Shown here in pieces: positions 51,881-59,663 of a DNA stretch of 64,000 bases. The stretch is from NCBI GenBank assembly GCA_002328405.1, contig DCXM01000001.1, positions 77,735 to 141,734 of the forward strand, in the 5' to 3' direction. The notes beneath the pieces are model-generated. The model made no database searches and was not told the DNA's origin. It saw nothing but the letters and a program-made list of their open reading frames with translations. Made by a program: the position numbers and the translations under genes. The DNA is from Proteobacteria bacterium UBA2136. Its GTDB lineage: Bacteria; Pseudomonadota; Alphaproteobacteria; UBA2136. Positions within the stretch are counted from its first letter, which is position 1; each line of letters opens with the position of its first letter.

Positions 51881-52570
51881 ATGACCAAACAAAAATTCTT
51901 CCACGCAGCTATCTTCACCTTTTTACTAACCCCTTCACTGGCTTTTGCCAATGACCCAACCACAGATATGGACCAACTGACCACCAACAACAATGTCAGC
52001 AATGAATCATCGCAATATTCACAAGGTGTGGTGAGCAACAACCCCACTTATGTGAACAATGGAGATTTTCATGCTTACGGCCGCATTGGACAAGTCAGCT
52101 GTGCGCAAGCTTCCATGAACATGGGCGTGACCAGCACAGGCGAGCACTTCACCAACAGCGGCGCTGTTTACTTGAATGTCAGCATCCCGCTCACATCTTT
52201 TGGCAGTGGTTCAACTTGTGAAAGCGCCATGGCAGAAGCCAAAGCGCAAATGGCCTATGACACCGCCATGGTTTTAACCGACCACTGTTTGGACCTGATG
52301 GCCAAAGGCATCAGTTATGCAAGCACAAACCAACTGTCACGCAAGTGCCAAGGGTTCGAGCTAACAGATCTCGGCAAGGAAATGATGGAGGCGCAAAAGC
52401 AAAAACTGATCTCAGACAAATTATACGCCAAAGCACGTTCAAACGAAGCTATGGCCAATGAACTGGAACAACAAATCCGCCGGCATGACCTGTGCAAAGC
52501 CGCCAAAGAACGGGACATGGCACGCACCACATTTTGCCAAGGCATTCACATTCACTCTAAAGACGACTAA
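51881..52570 (+). CDS. Secreted hypothetical protein with 6 Cys
   Basis: Signal peptide ...SLAFA; a terminator follows. Confidence 0.5.
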   Translation: MTKQKFFHAAIFTFLLTPSLAFANDPTTDMDQLTTNNNVSNESSQYSQGVVSNNPTYVNNGDFHAYGRIGQVSCAQASMNMGVTSTGEHFTNSGAVYLNVSIPLTSFGSGSTCESAMAEAKAQMAYDTAMVLTDHCLDLMAKGISYASTNQLSRKCQGFELTDLGKEMMEAQKQKLISDKLYAKARSNEAMANELEQQIRRHDLCKAAKERDMARTTFCQGIHIHSKDD

Positions 52571-52587
52571 CCCACACATTCGAAACC

Positions 52588-52620
52588 AAGGCTCAATATT
52601 CAGTTGAGCCTTTTTATTTT
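52588..52620 (+). terminator. Rho-independent terminator
   Basis: GGCTCAA tattcag TTGAGCC followed by T5ATTTT. Confidence 0.8.
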
Positions 52621-52646
52621 GCTGAAAATTTGCTATTACTGGCACT

Positions 52647-53060
52647 ATGAAAAATTTAAAAGACATTCACATTCAAGGCACAGTGGTGCATGGCGCCAAA
52701 CGGGGGCGTGAGCTTGGCTTCCCCACCGCCAACATTGAACTGAGCGAAAAGCAGCTTAAAACCATGCCCCAAATTGGTATATACGCTGGTTATGTGCGCT
52801 GCCCTTCCACCCATGGCGACAAAACCTTAATGGGCGCCATCAGCTGGGGCTTTAACCCAACCTTTGGCCTTAAAAACCCACAGCTCGAAGTGCACATTCT
52901 TGACTTTGATCATGACATTTACGACCAGCAAATTTCCATCAACTTTGTGGAATTTATCCGCGGTGAAGTCAGCTTCACAACCTTAGAAGCGCTGGTGGAA
53001 AAAATGGGCGAAGATTGTTTGATAACAAGGCAAATTTTAAAAGGTGGTAACATTGGCTAA
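52647..53060 (+). CDS. Monofunctional riboflavin kinase (RFK domain only)
   Basis: GTVVHGAKRGRELGFPTAN matches the RibF C-terminal kinase domain. At 137 aa it has no FMN adenylyltransferase domain. Confidence 0.75.
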   Translation: MKNLKDIHIQGTVVHGAKRGRELGFPTANIELSEKQLKTMPQIGIYAGYVRCPSTHGDKTLMGAISWGFNPTFGLKNPQLEVHILDFDHDIYDQQISINFVEFIRGEVSFTTLEALVEKMGEDCLITRQILKGGNIG

Positions 53061-54147
53061 ACAAATTGTGGTCATTGGTGGTGGCATTATTGGCCTTTCC
53101 AGCGCTTGGAAATTGGCCGAGGCTGGCCATAGCGTTACCGTGCTGGAAAAAGGCAAGTGTGGTGATGGCGCAACCACTGCATCACTTGGTGCGCTTGTGC
53201 CTTATAACGCCAGTCGAGAAGACAGCCTGCCCAGCAAACAACGCCACAGCTTGTGGATGTACCCTCAATTCGTAAATGATTTACACAAACTTACAGGCAT
53301 TGACGTCGGCTTTAAGCAAACAGGTCGCATTCAATTGATTCAAAACGAACACCAGCGCAACAAAATGCAACAAGATGCTGACATTGCCAATGAAAAATGG
53401 CCTTTTGAAGGCGCCGAAACGCAAAAACTTTTAAACGATTCAGAACTTAAAAAGCTTGAGCCAGAGGTTGAAGGCACCAACTTTGGCGCTTTACACTGCA
53501 AAGCCACCGCAACGTTTGAACCCAAACGGATGATTGCGGCCTTGCGTTCTGCTTGCATGAAAATGGGTGTGGATATCCGCGAACATTCGCCAGCCGTTCA
53601 GCTTATCACCCAACAAAATCATGTCAGCCAAGTCCACACCGCCACAGGTTTGGTAAGCGCTGATTTTGTGGCGCTTGCCGCCGGCGCTTGGAGCAAAAAC
53701 ATCCTCCCCGCAGACCACCCCTTACAACAAACGGGTTATGTCGCACCGCTAAAAGGTCAAGCGCTGGAGGTGGCAACACCCCATCAACTAATCAACCACA
53801 TGGTGCGTGGCCTTGGCGTTTACTTGATTCAAGTAGACGACAAAAAACTGTTGATTGGCGGCACCAAAGAAAAGGACGCCGGTTTTGACACCTCCACCAC
53901 CCAAAAAGCCGAAGATGACCTGTTGGCAAAGGCCGAAAAATTGGTACCAGCCATTGCCGAGTGCAAGGTGGTGCGCCAATGGGCAGGCCTGCGCCCTTAT
54001 AGTGAGCAAAAAGCCCCTTTTATCGGCTGGGACAGTGCCTTTGCGAATTTATACCACGCAACTGGCCACGCCGGCATTGGCCTGTGCCTAACCCCTTACA
54101 CCTGCCAAAAAGTTTTAGAGGACATTGAACATGCAAGTCACCATTAA
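53044..54147 (+). CDS. FAD-dependent oxidoreductase, ThiO/DadA (glycine/D-amino-acid oxidase) family
   Basis: VVIGGGIIGLSSA dinucleotide-binding motif; 367 aa. Confidence 0.7.
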   Translation: MVTLAKQIVVIGGGIIGLSSAWKLAEAGHSVTVLEKGKCGDGATTASLGALVPYNASREDSLPSKQRHSLWMYPQFVNDLHKLTGIDVGFKQTGRIQLIQNEHQRNKMQQDADIANEKWPFEGAETQKLLNDSELKKLEPEVEGTNFGALHCKATATFEPKRMIAALRSACMKMGVDIREHSPAVQLITQQNHVSQVHTATGLVSADFVALAAGAWSKNILPADHPLQQTGYVAPLKGQALEVATPHQLINHMVRGLGVYLIQVDDKKLLIGGTKEKDAGFDTSTTQKAEDDLLAKAEKLVPAIAECKVVRQWAGLRPYSEQKAPFIGWDSAFANLYHATGHAGIGLCLTPYTCQKVLEDIEHASHH

Positions 54148-55393
54148 AAGTTTAAACCACCAAGGCTTTGGCGAAGCCATTTTAGAAGACGGCCAAAAAG
54201 TAACCGTGCCCTACACCTTAACAGGCGAAACGGTGGACGTGGAAATGGGTCAAAAAAACAAACATGGCTACAAAGCAAACTTAAAGGAGGTTATAAGCCC
54301 CTCGCCCCAGCGAAGCCCTGCCCCTTGCCAACATTTTACACAGTGTGGTGGCTGTGCGTTACAACACCTGAACGCTGAAAGTTACAGCGCATTTAAACGC
54401 ACACAGGTTCAAAACGCCCTTGCACAGCACAACATTGAAACCGAGGTTTTAAGCCCTATTGTTCTGCCTGCTCAAACCAGACGGAGAGCCAAATTTATGG
54501 CTCATAAAAACAAAAACAAGGTTGAAATGGGCTTTCGCGCAGCTCAAAGTCATCAACTGGTGGCCATCCGTGAATGTCATGTCATTCACCCTCAAATAAT
54601 GGATACGTTAAAACCTTTAACCAACATTTTACACCGTTTGATGCGCAACAAGCAAAGCGCCGAAATTTATGCCAGCTACACCAGCGAAACACTGGATATT
54701 TTAATTGACCTTGGTAAAAGCGCCGATTTAAAACTGGGCTATGAAGACCGAGAGACCATTGCAAGCACCGCCAAGCAAGCAGGCATCGCCCGTTTGAGGG
54801 TGAAGGATAAAAACTTTACAGACCTGATGTATATGGCAACTCAACCCGTTGTTACATTTAACAACACCGTGGTTGAAACATCATGCGAAACCTTTTTACA
54901 GGCCAGCGAAGGCGCTGATGTAAAGCTTCAAGAAGTCATGCTAAGCCATTTAAAAGAAACGAAACTAAACAAAGTTTGCGATTTATTTTGTGGTCGTGGC
55001 ACTTTGAGTTTTGCTTTTGATGACGGCATTCAAGTGGACGGTTACGAAGCTGACAAACCAGCCTTAACAGCCTTGAACAGCGCAGCTCAAAAACACAAAA
55101 AATCGGTCAAAGGGATATACCAAAACCTTTACCAAACACCGCTCATCGCCAAACAGCTTAATCAATATGACTGCATTGTGCTTGACCCACCGAGAGACGG
55201 CGCTAAAAAGCAAATTGACGAAATTGCCCAAAGTCAGGTTCAAACCGTTGTGTATGTTTCATGCAACCCCAAAAGCTTTGCTCAAGATGCTAAAGTTCTG
55301 ATGAGCCATGGCTATCAAATAAGTGTAGTGCAACCGATTGACCAATTTTTATGGTCATCCCATGTTGAAGTGGTTGCCTCGTTCCATAAATAA
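54125..55393 (+). CDS. 23S rRNA (uracil-5-)-methyltransferase RlmD/RumA-like (TRAM domain, [4Fe-4S] motif, SAM methyltransferase)
   Basis: CQHFTQCGGC cysteine cluster and a C-terminal methyltransferase with a nucleophile Cys (VYVSCNP). Confidence 0.8.
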   Translation: MNMQVTIKSLNHQGFGEAILEDGQKVTVPYTLTGETVDVEMGQKNKHGYKANLKEVISPSPQRSPAPCQHFTQCGGCALQHLNAESYSAFKRTQVQNALAQHNIETEVLSPIVLPAQTRRRAKFMAHKNKNKVEMGFRAAQSHQLVAIRECHVIHPQIMDTLKPLTNILHRLMRNKQSAEIYASYTSETLDILIDLGKSADLKLGYEDRETIASTAKQAGIARLRVKDKNFTDLMYMATQPVVTFNNTVVETSCETFLQASEGADVKLQEVMLSHLKETKLNKVCDLFCGRGTLSFAFDDGIQVDGYEADKPALTALNSAAQKHKKSVKGIYQNLYQTPLIAKQLNQYDCIVLDPPRDGAKKQIDEIAQSQVQTVVYVSCNPKSFAQDAKVLMSHGYQISVVQPIDQFLWSSHVEVVASFHK

Positions 55394-55430
55394 ATTTAAA
55401 CTTAAAATAAAAAAATAAAAGGATAGACGG

Positions 55431-56189
55431 ATGATTGTGTTGCTCTCCCCCTCAAAAAAATTGGATGAAGATTCTAAAATCCCAACATCAACATTTACCC
55501 AACCTGCATTTTTAGACCATGCAGAAGACTTGGCAAGTGACCTTAAAAAACTAAACCGTGGGGAAATTGGCGACTTGATGAGCCTGAGCACCAACTTAAG
55601 CAACTTAAACTATGATCGTTTTCAAAGCTTTGAAACACCTTTTAACACTAGCAATGCAAGGCAAAGTATTTTCACCTTTAAAGGCGACGTTTATGACAAG
55701 ATGGACATTGAAAATTACAACGAAGATGACCTCACCTTCGCGCAACACCACATCCGCATTCTATCGGGGCTTTACGGCCTTTTAAAGCCGCTTGACCTCA
55801 TGCAGCCTTACCGCCTTGAAATGGGCACAAAGTTTAACAACCAGCGTGGTAAAAACTTATACGATTTTTGGGGCAACTTAATAACAGAGAATATCAACGA
55901 TGAAAAGGGTGATTTGGTCGTTAATCTTGCATCGCAGGAGTACTTCAAGTCCATCAATCCTAAAAAGTTAACAAAGCCGCTTTTAACCGTTCATTTTAAA
56001 CAATACAAAGACGGTAAACTCAAAACCATTGGCCTGATGGCGAAGCGTGCCCGTGGCATGATGGCAGATTACATCATCAAAAACAAAATCACCCAAAAAG
56101 ATGACTTACTTAAATTTAACACCGATGGTTACCAGTTTGAGCCGGATCTTTCCAAGGAAAATGAATGGGTTTTTACAAAAAACATGTAA
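55431..56189 (+). CDS. yaaA: Peroxide stress protein YaaA (DUF328/UPF0246)
   Basis: Near full-length similarity to E. coli YaaA (FKGDVY..., LSGLYGLLKPLDLMQPYRLEM). Confidence 0.9.
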   Translation: MIVLLSPSKKLDEDSKIPTSTFTQPAFLDHAEDLASDLKKLNRGEIGDLMSLSTNLSNLNYDRFQSFETPFNTSNARQSIFTFKGDVYDKMDIENYNEDDLTFAQHHIRILSGLYGLLKPLDLMQPYRLEMGTKFNNQRGKNLYDFWGNLITENINDEKGDLVVNLASQEYFKSINPKKLTKPLLTVHFKQYKDGKLKTIGLMAKRARGMMADYIIKNKITQKDDLLKFNTDGYQFEPDLSKENEWVFTKNM

Positions 56190-56299
56190 AAATTTGCGTG
56201 TACGGCTTGAAATACCATTTTAAACACCTATAAATGTTTAAAGTTTTAACCATGTTGTACCGTTTTCCCTATTCAGCCACTTCTCCCGAAGTCGCTTTT

Positions 56300-56329
56300 G
56301 CCTCAGCACTTATGCTGGGGCTTTTTTTA
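56300..56329 (+). terminator. Rho-independent terminator after yaaA
   Basis: GCCTCAGCA ctta TGCTGGGGC followed by T7. Confidence 0.75.
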
Positions 56330-56344
56330 TGGACGGATTGATGT

Positions 56345-56830
56345 TTATGAAACTTTTTGTTTAAAGCTGTAAATGTGAAAATGGCACAAGGCCACGCCCA
56401 ACGCATCGGAAGTGTCTAGCGTTACAAACCCTGCGGTTGGCAATAAAGTTTTGACCATATGCTGCACTTGCTCTTTTTTAGCACGACCTGTGCCGACAAT
56501 AGCTTTTTTAATTTCTGTTGGGGTATATTCAAAAACTGGGATGTTATGCAAGCTGGGCACCAGTAGGCTGATCCCTCTCGCTTGGCCAAGTTTCAAGCTG
56601 GTTCTGGCATTATCATTCACATAAACTTCTTCCACCGCAACTTGGTCTGGCTGATAGATGGAGATAATTTCCTGCATATCGTTATAGATTGTTTTTAGAC
56701 GGTCGGCATGGCTGTCCTTAGCGTTGGTTTTTACCACACCACCCGCCACAAAAGAAGCAGCGTTGCCATTCACCTTCACAACCCCCCAACCGGTGGTGCT
56801 TAAAGCTGGGTCTATACCTAAAATAATCAT
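56345..56830 (-). CDS. ruvC: Crossover junction endodeoxyribonuclease RuvC
   Basis: ILGIDPALSTTGWGV start and conserved acidic residues. Confidence 0.9.
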   Translation of the reverse strand: MIILGIDPALSTTGWGVVKVNGNAASFVAGGVVKTNAKDSHADRLKTIYNDMQEIISIYQPDQVAVEEVYVNDNARTSLKLGQARGISLLVPSLHNIPVFEYTPTEIKKAIVGTGRAKKEQVQHMVKTLLPTAGFVTLDTSDALGVALCHFHIYSFKQKVS

Positions 56831-56865
56831 AACATCATCTTAACATAGACCCATGACTTGGTGTA

Positions 56866-57144
56866 TTAAAATTCTATAGAGGTCAGCATAAGATAGTCAT
56901 CTGCTGTATCAAAGGGTACCATGCCTACGCCCTCTTCCCCCTCGTCACTTAAATGTGTGACGGTGGTGTTTAATGCAATGCCATCCTCTTCAATAACGTG
57001 AGGCTCTACATTCATCAAAGCAATCAATAAAAAAACAGATGCAAAGGCTGGTGAAAACCACCTTAAGAAACTTTCTAACTGAGACGCTTCTTGCGGAAGG
57101 CTTGTTGCATTCAAGATCATACTCTCATAACGGTTCTCTCTCAT
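56866..57144 (-). CDS. Putative small anti-sigma factor (single TM helix), translationally coupled to the ECF sigma gene
   Basis: 92 aa with a 4-nt overlap with the upstream sigma gene and one central hydrophobic helix. Confidence 0.4.
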   Translation of the reverse strand: MRENRYESMILNATSLPQEASQLESFLRWFSPAFASVFLLIALMNVEPHVIEEDGIALNTTVTHLSDEGEEGVGMVPFDTADDYLMLTSIEF

Positions 57145-57695
57145 AACAAGTTCTCCTTCTCATCTTTTAAAAATTCATTCATAACCTTCTTGGCTCTATA
57201 CAGGTTAACCTCAACGTTCTTAACAGTCATCTGCAAGGAGCTTGCGATATCCGCCTGTTTCATTTCGCCAAAGTAATAAAGCCAAATTACTTGTTTTTGC
57301 TTCGCATTCAATTTAGCCATTGCTTTTAATATGTGACTTCGTTGTGATGATTTTTTTAATTTAAGGACACTGTTATCATCCACAACAATATCAGCTTCTT
57401 CTATGGCTTGATGTATATGAGACCTTTTGAGATAGTCTTTACATTTATTGGCCGCAATCGTAAAAACCCAAGCCTGCAATTTACCTTTGTCCACGTCCCA
57501 CAACGGTGCTTTTTGCCACCATGTGATAAGCGTTTGCTGAACCACGTCTTCCGCAAAGGCTTCATGACCATTCATCATACTTAAGCAAAATGACGTTAAA
57601 GGTTTTTGATACAACAAAGCCAAGTCACGAAAGGCAGTTTTATCACCTTTCGCAACTCGCTTCATCAATGCCTGTTCTTGTGTGCGATCCAACAT
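57141..57695 (-). CDS. ECF (sigma-70 family, group 4) RNA polymerase sigma factor
   Basis: Regions 2 and 4 are recognisable (AFRDLALLYQKPL..., region 4 HTH ...QADIASSLQMTVKNVEVNLYRAK). Confidence 0.8.
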   Translation of the reverse strand: MLDRTQEQALMKRVAKGDKTAFRDLALLYQKPLTSFCLSMMNGHEAFAEDVVQQTLITWWQKAPLWDVDKGKLQAWVFTIAANKCKDYLKRSHIHQAIEEADIVVDDNSVLKLKKSSQRSHILKAMAKLNAKQKQVIWLYYFGEMKQADIASSLQMTVKNVEVNLYRAKKVMNEFLKDEKENLL

Positions 57696-57698
57696 TTA

Positions 57699-58094
57699 TT
57701 ATTCCACTGGTGCACGGTGCACATCAATTGAGGACTGTTCTTGCCCTTCTTTTACCATCTTGCGAAACTTTTCATGCGCTTTTTTGCGTGCATGCTTCAT
57801 CTCTTCTCTTGTAAGGATACCGTCTTTATTCTCATCCAACGTATCAAAGCGTTCTTGTTTCATCTTCAAGTATTCATCTTTAGAAAATTGGCCATCCCCA
57901 TCTGCATCATATTTTTTATAAAGGTCAAATTTATCGCCATGATGCTTTTTGTGATGTTTACTGTAACGATCACCTTTATCATGGTGGCGTTCATATTTCT
58001 TATTGCACTTGCTGTGCTTTGCAATGTCCACCGTAATTAAAATACCAGATGTTAAAAAAGCAGAAAGCAGCGCGGTGAGTAAAATATCTTTCAT
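57699..58094 (-). CDS. Secreted EF-hand calcium-binding protein with a His/Lys-rich segment
   Basis: Signal peptide, HH..HHKKHHGDK stretch, and two EF-hand loops (DADGDGQFSKDE, DENKDGILTREE). Confidence 0.65.
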   Translation of the reverse strand: MKDILLTALLSAFLTSGILITVDIAKHSKCNKKYERHHDKGDRYSKHHKKHHGDKFDLYKKYDADGDGQFSKDEYLKMKQERFDTLDENKDGILTREEMKHARKKAHEKFRKMVKEGQEQSSIDVHRAPVE

Positions 58095-58169
58095 ATCTAC
58101 AATGTCCTTGTTCGTTTATTAATTTATATAAACTATACGACAGGACAACTTAAAACCCTACAAACTAAA

Positions 58170-58985
58170 TCACTTCTCCATCAGCACACCGTTAGAATCA
58201 AAAGTGAGACGAACATTCAGCTCTGGCTTTTTAAAGTAAGGTAAAAACGCATAAGACGCTTCTTCCACTTTAAAGGTTAAAATCTTCTCGCCAGATGGGT
58301 AGGTCACTTTTTTAATCGGCTCACCCAATTTGGCTACCGCATCTTCAATTTTACTTTGACCGTAATAAAGCTCTCCCAGCTTCGGCCCTGGGTATACCGC
58401 ATTTTCAGCATAAATAACTTTAGGCTTGCCCGGTGTCACCGTTCCAAGGCTGACCACTTCAACCGACTTTAACAACAGACCACGTTTGTCCAAACGCTTA
58501 TTATATTCTTCTTCCTTTGCTACACGCTCTAAAAACTCTTCCTTGGTTTCCTTACCGGCAATTAAGCCCATGGTCGCCTTATGCAGGCCTTTGGCAATCA
58601 AACCACGTTTATCATCTGCGTCCGCCACCAACAAGGCAGCCGCTTCCATCTCCTCTGCCTTACGGGCTGCGTATTGCTTCTTCGTCTCACGTCCCATAAT
58701 CACACCAAGGGTTAATGCACCCACGGCCTTTTCAAGAATATTGCGTTCATCATTTTCATCCGCCACATACTTTTGCTTATAAAGCTTTGCCCGCTCTTCA
58801 GCAATTTTTTGGCGCTGCTCACTTGCAAAGCCCAGTGTTAAAACTTCCTTTAAGGGTGGGAATGTCCCCTCACGTGGCAACAAGCTTACCTCTTCTTTTT
58901 CAACAACCTCAAAAGGTGGTGGCACATCTTGCTTGGTGGCACATGCACTCAGCACCAAAAATATCACCATCCATACAAACTTCAT
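58170..58985 (-). CDS. Hypothetical lipoprotein
   Basis: Lipobox LSAC after an N-terminal hydrophobic segment; 271 aa. Confidence 0.5.
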   Translation of the reverse strand: MKFVWMVIFLVLSACATKQDVPPPFEVVEKEEVSLLPREGTFPPLKEVLTLGFASEQRQKIAEERAKLYKQKYVADENDERNILEKAVGALTLGVIMGRETKKQYAARKAEEMEAAALLVADADDKRGLIAKGLHKATMGLIAGKETKEEFLERVAKEEEYNKRLDKRGLLLKSVEVVSLGTVTPGKPKVIYAENAVYPGPKLGELYYGQSKIEDAVAKLGEPIKKVTYPSGEKILTFKVEEASYAFLPYFKKPELNVRLTFDSNGVLMEK

Positions 58986-59083
58986 ATTGCCTAAACCTTT
59001 ACTTGTTATAACGCTATTTTTATAAGCAAAAGCTATGCCATAAAAAAAGCACCCCGTAGGGTGCCTGAATATCTGCCCAATCT

Positions 59084-59542
59084 TTAGAATGGGATGTCAT
59101 CGTCAAATGCATCGTCAGAAGCAGCCGCTGCTGGCTTACTTGCTTTTTTAGGCGCACTTGCAGTTTGATCCATACCAGAGTCGTCAACGCTTGCATTAGA
59201 ACGCGCACCCAACATCTGCATAGAACCACCACGATCCACAACAATTTCAGTTGTGTAGCGTTCGTTACCTTCTTTGTCTTCCCACTTGCGTGTTTGCAGC
59301 TTTCCTTCAAAGTAAGCACTGTCACCTTTTTTAAGATATTTTTCAGCCACTTCAGCCAATGGGCCAAACATCACAACACGGTGCCATTCTGTTTTATCTT
59401 GGCGCTGACCACTTTGGTCTTTCCAGCTTTCAGTTGTGGCAATGGTCAGGTTGGCAATGGCACGGTTGTCCCCTGTATAGCGAATTTCAGGGTCACGACC
59501 TAGGTTACCAATTATTTGAACTTTGTTTAAACTTCCTGCCAT
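59084..59542 (-). CDS. ssb: Single-stranded DNA-binding protein
   Basis: OB-fold N-terminus ([16 protein letters not shown]) and an acidic C-terminal tail DDDIPF. The start chosen is ATG 59542, which has an AGGAGA RBS. Confidence 0.9.
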   Translation of the reverse strand: MAGSLNKVQIIGNLGRDPEIRYTGDNRAIANLTIATTESWKDQSGQRQDKTEWHRVVMFGPLAEVAEKYLKKGDSAYFEGKLQTRKWEDKEGNERYTTEIVVDRGGSMQMLGARSNASVDDSGMDQTASAPKKASKPAAAASDDAFDDDIPF

Positions 59543-59663
59543 TTTTTCTCCTAACACTTTTAGTGGATTGAAATTTATTTTCATTGAGCTATATTTAAGC
59601 CTAGACGAATTATATGTAAACAGCATACTTTTGCAAGAAATTTAAAGTCGCAAGGAAATTAGA

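Noticed and set aside
59543-59663. LexA/SOS box between ssb and uvrA
   Set aside because: No GTTC-N7-GTTC, GAAC-N7-GAAC or CTGT-N8-ACAG pattern is present. This is reported only as an absence.
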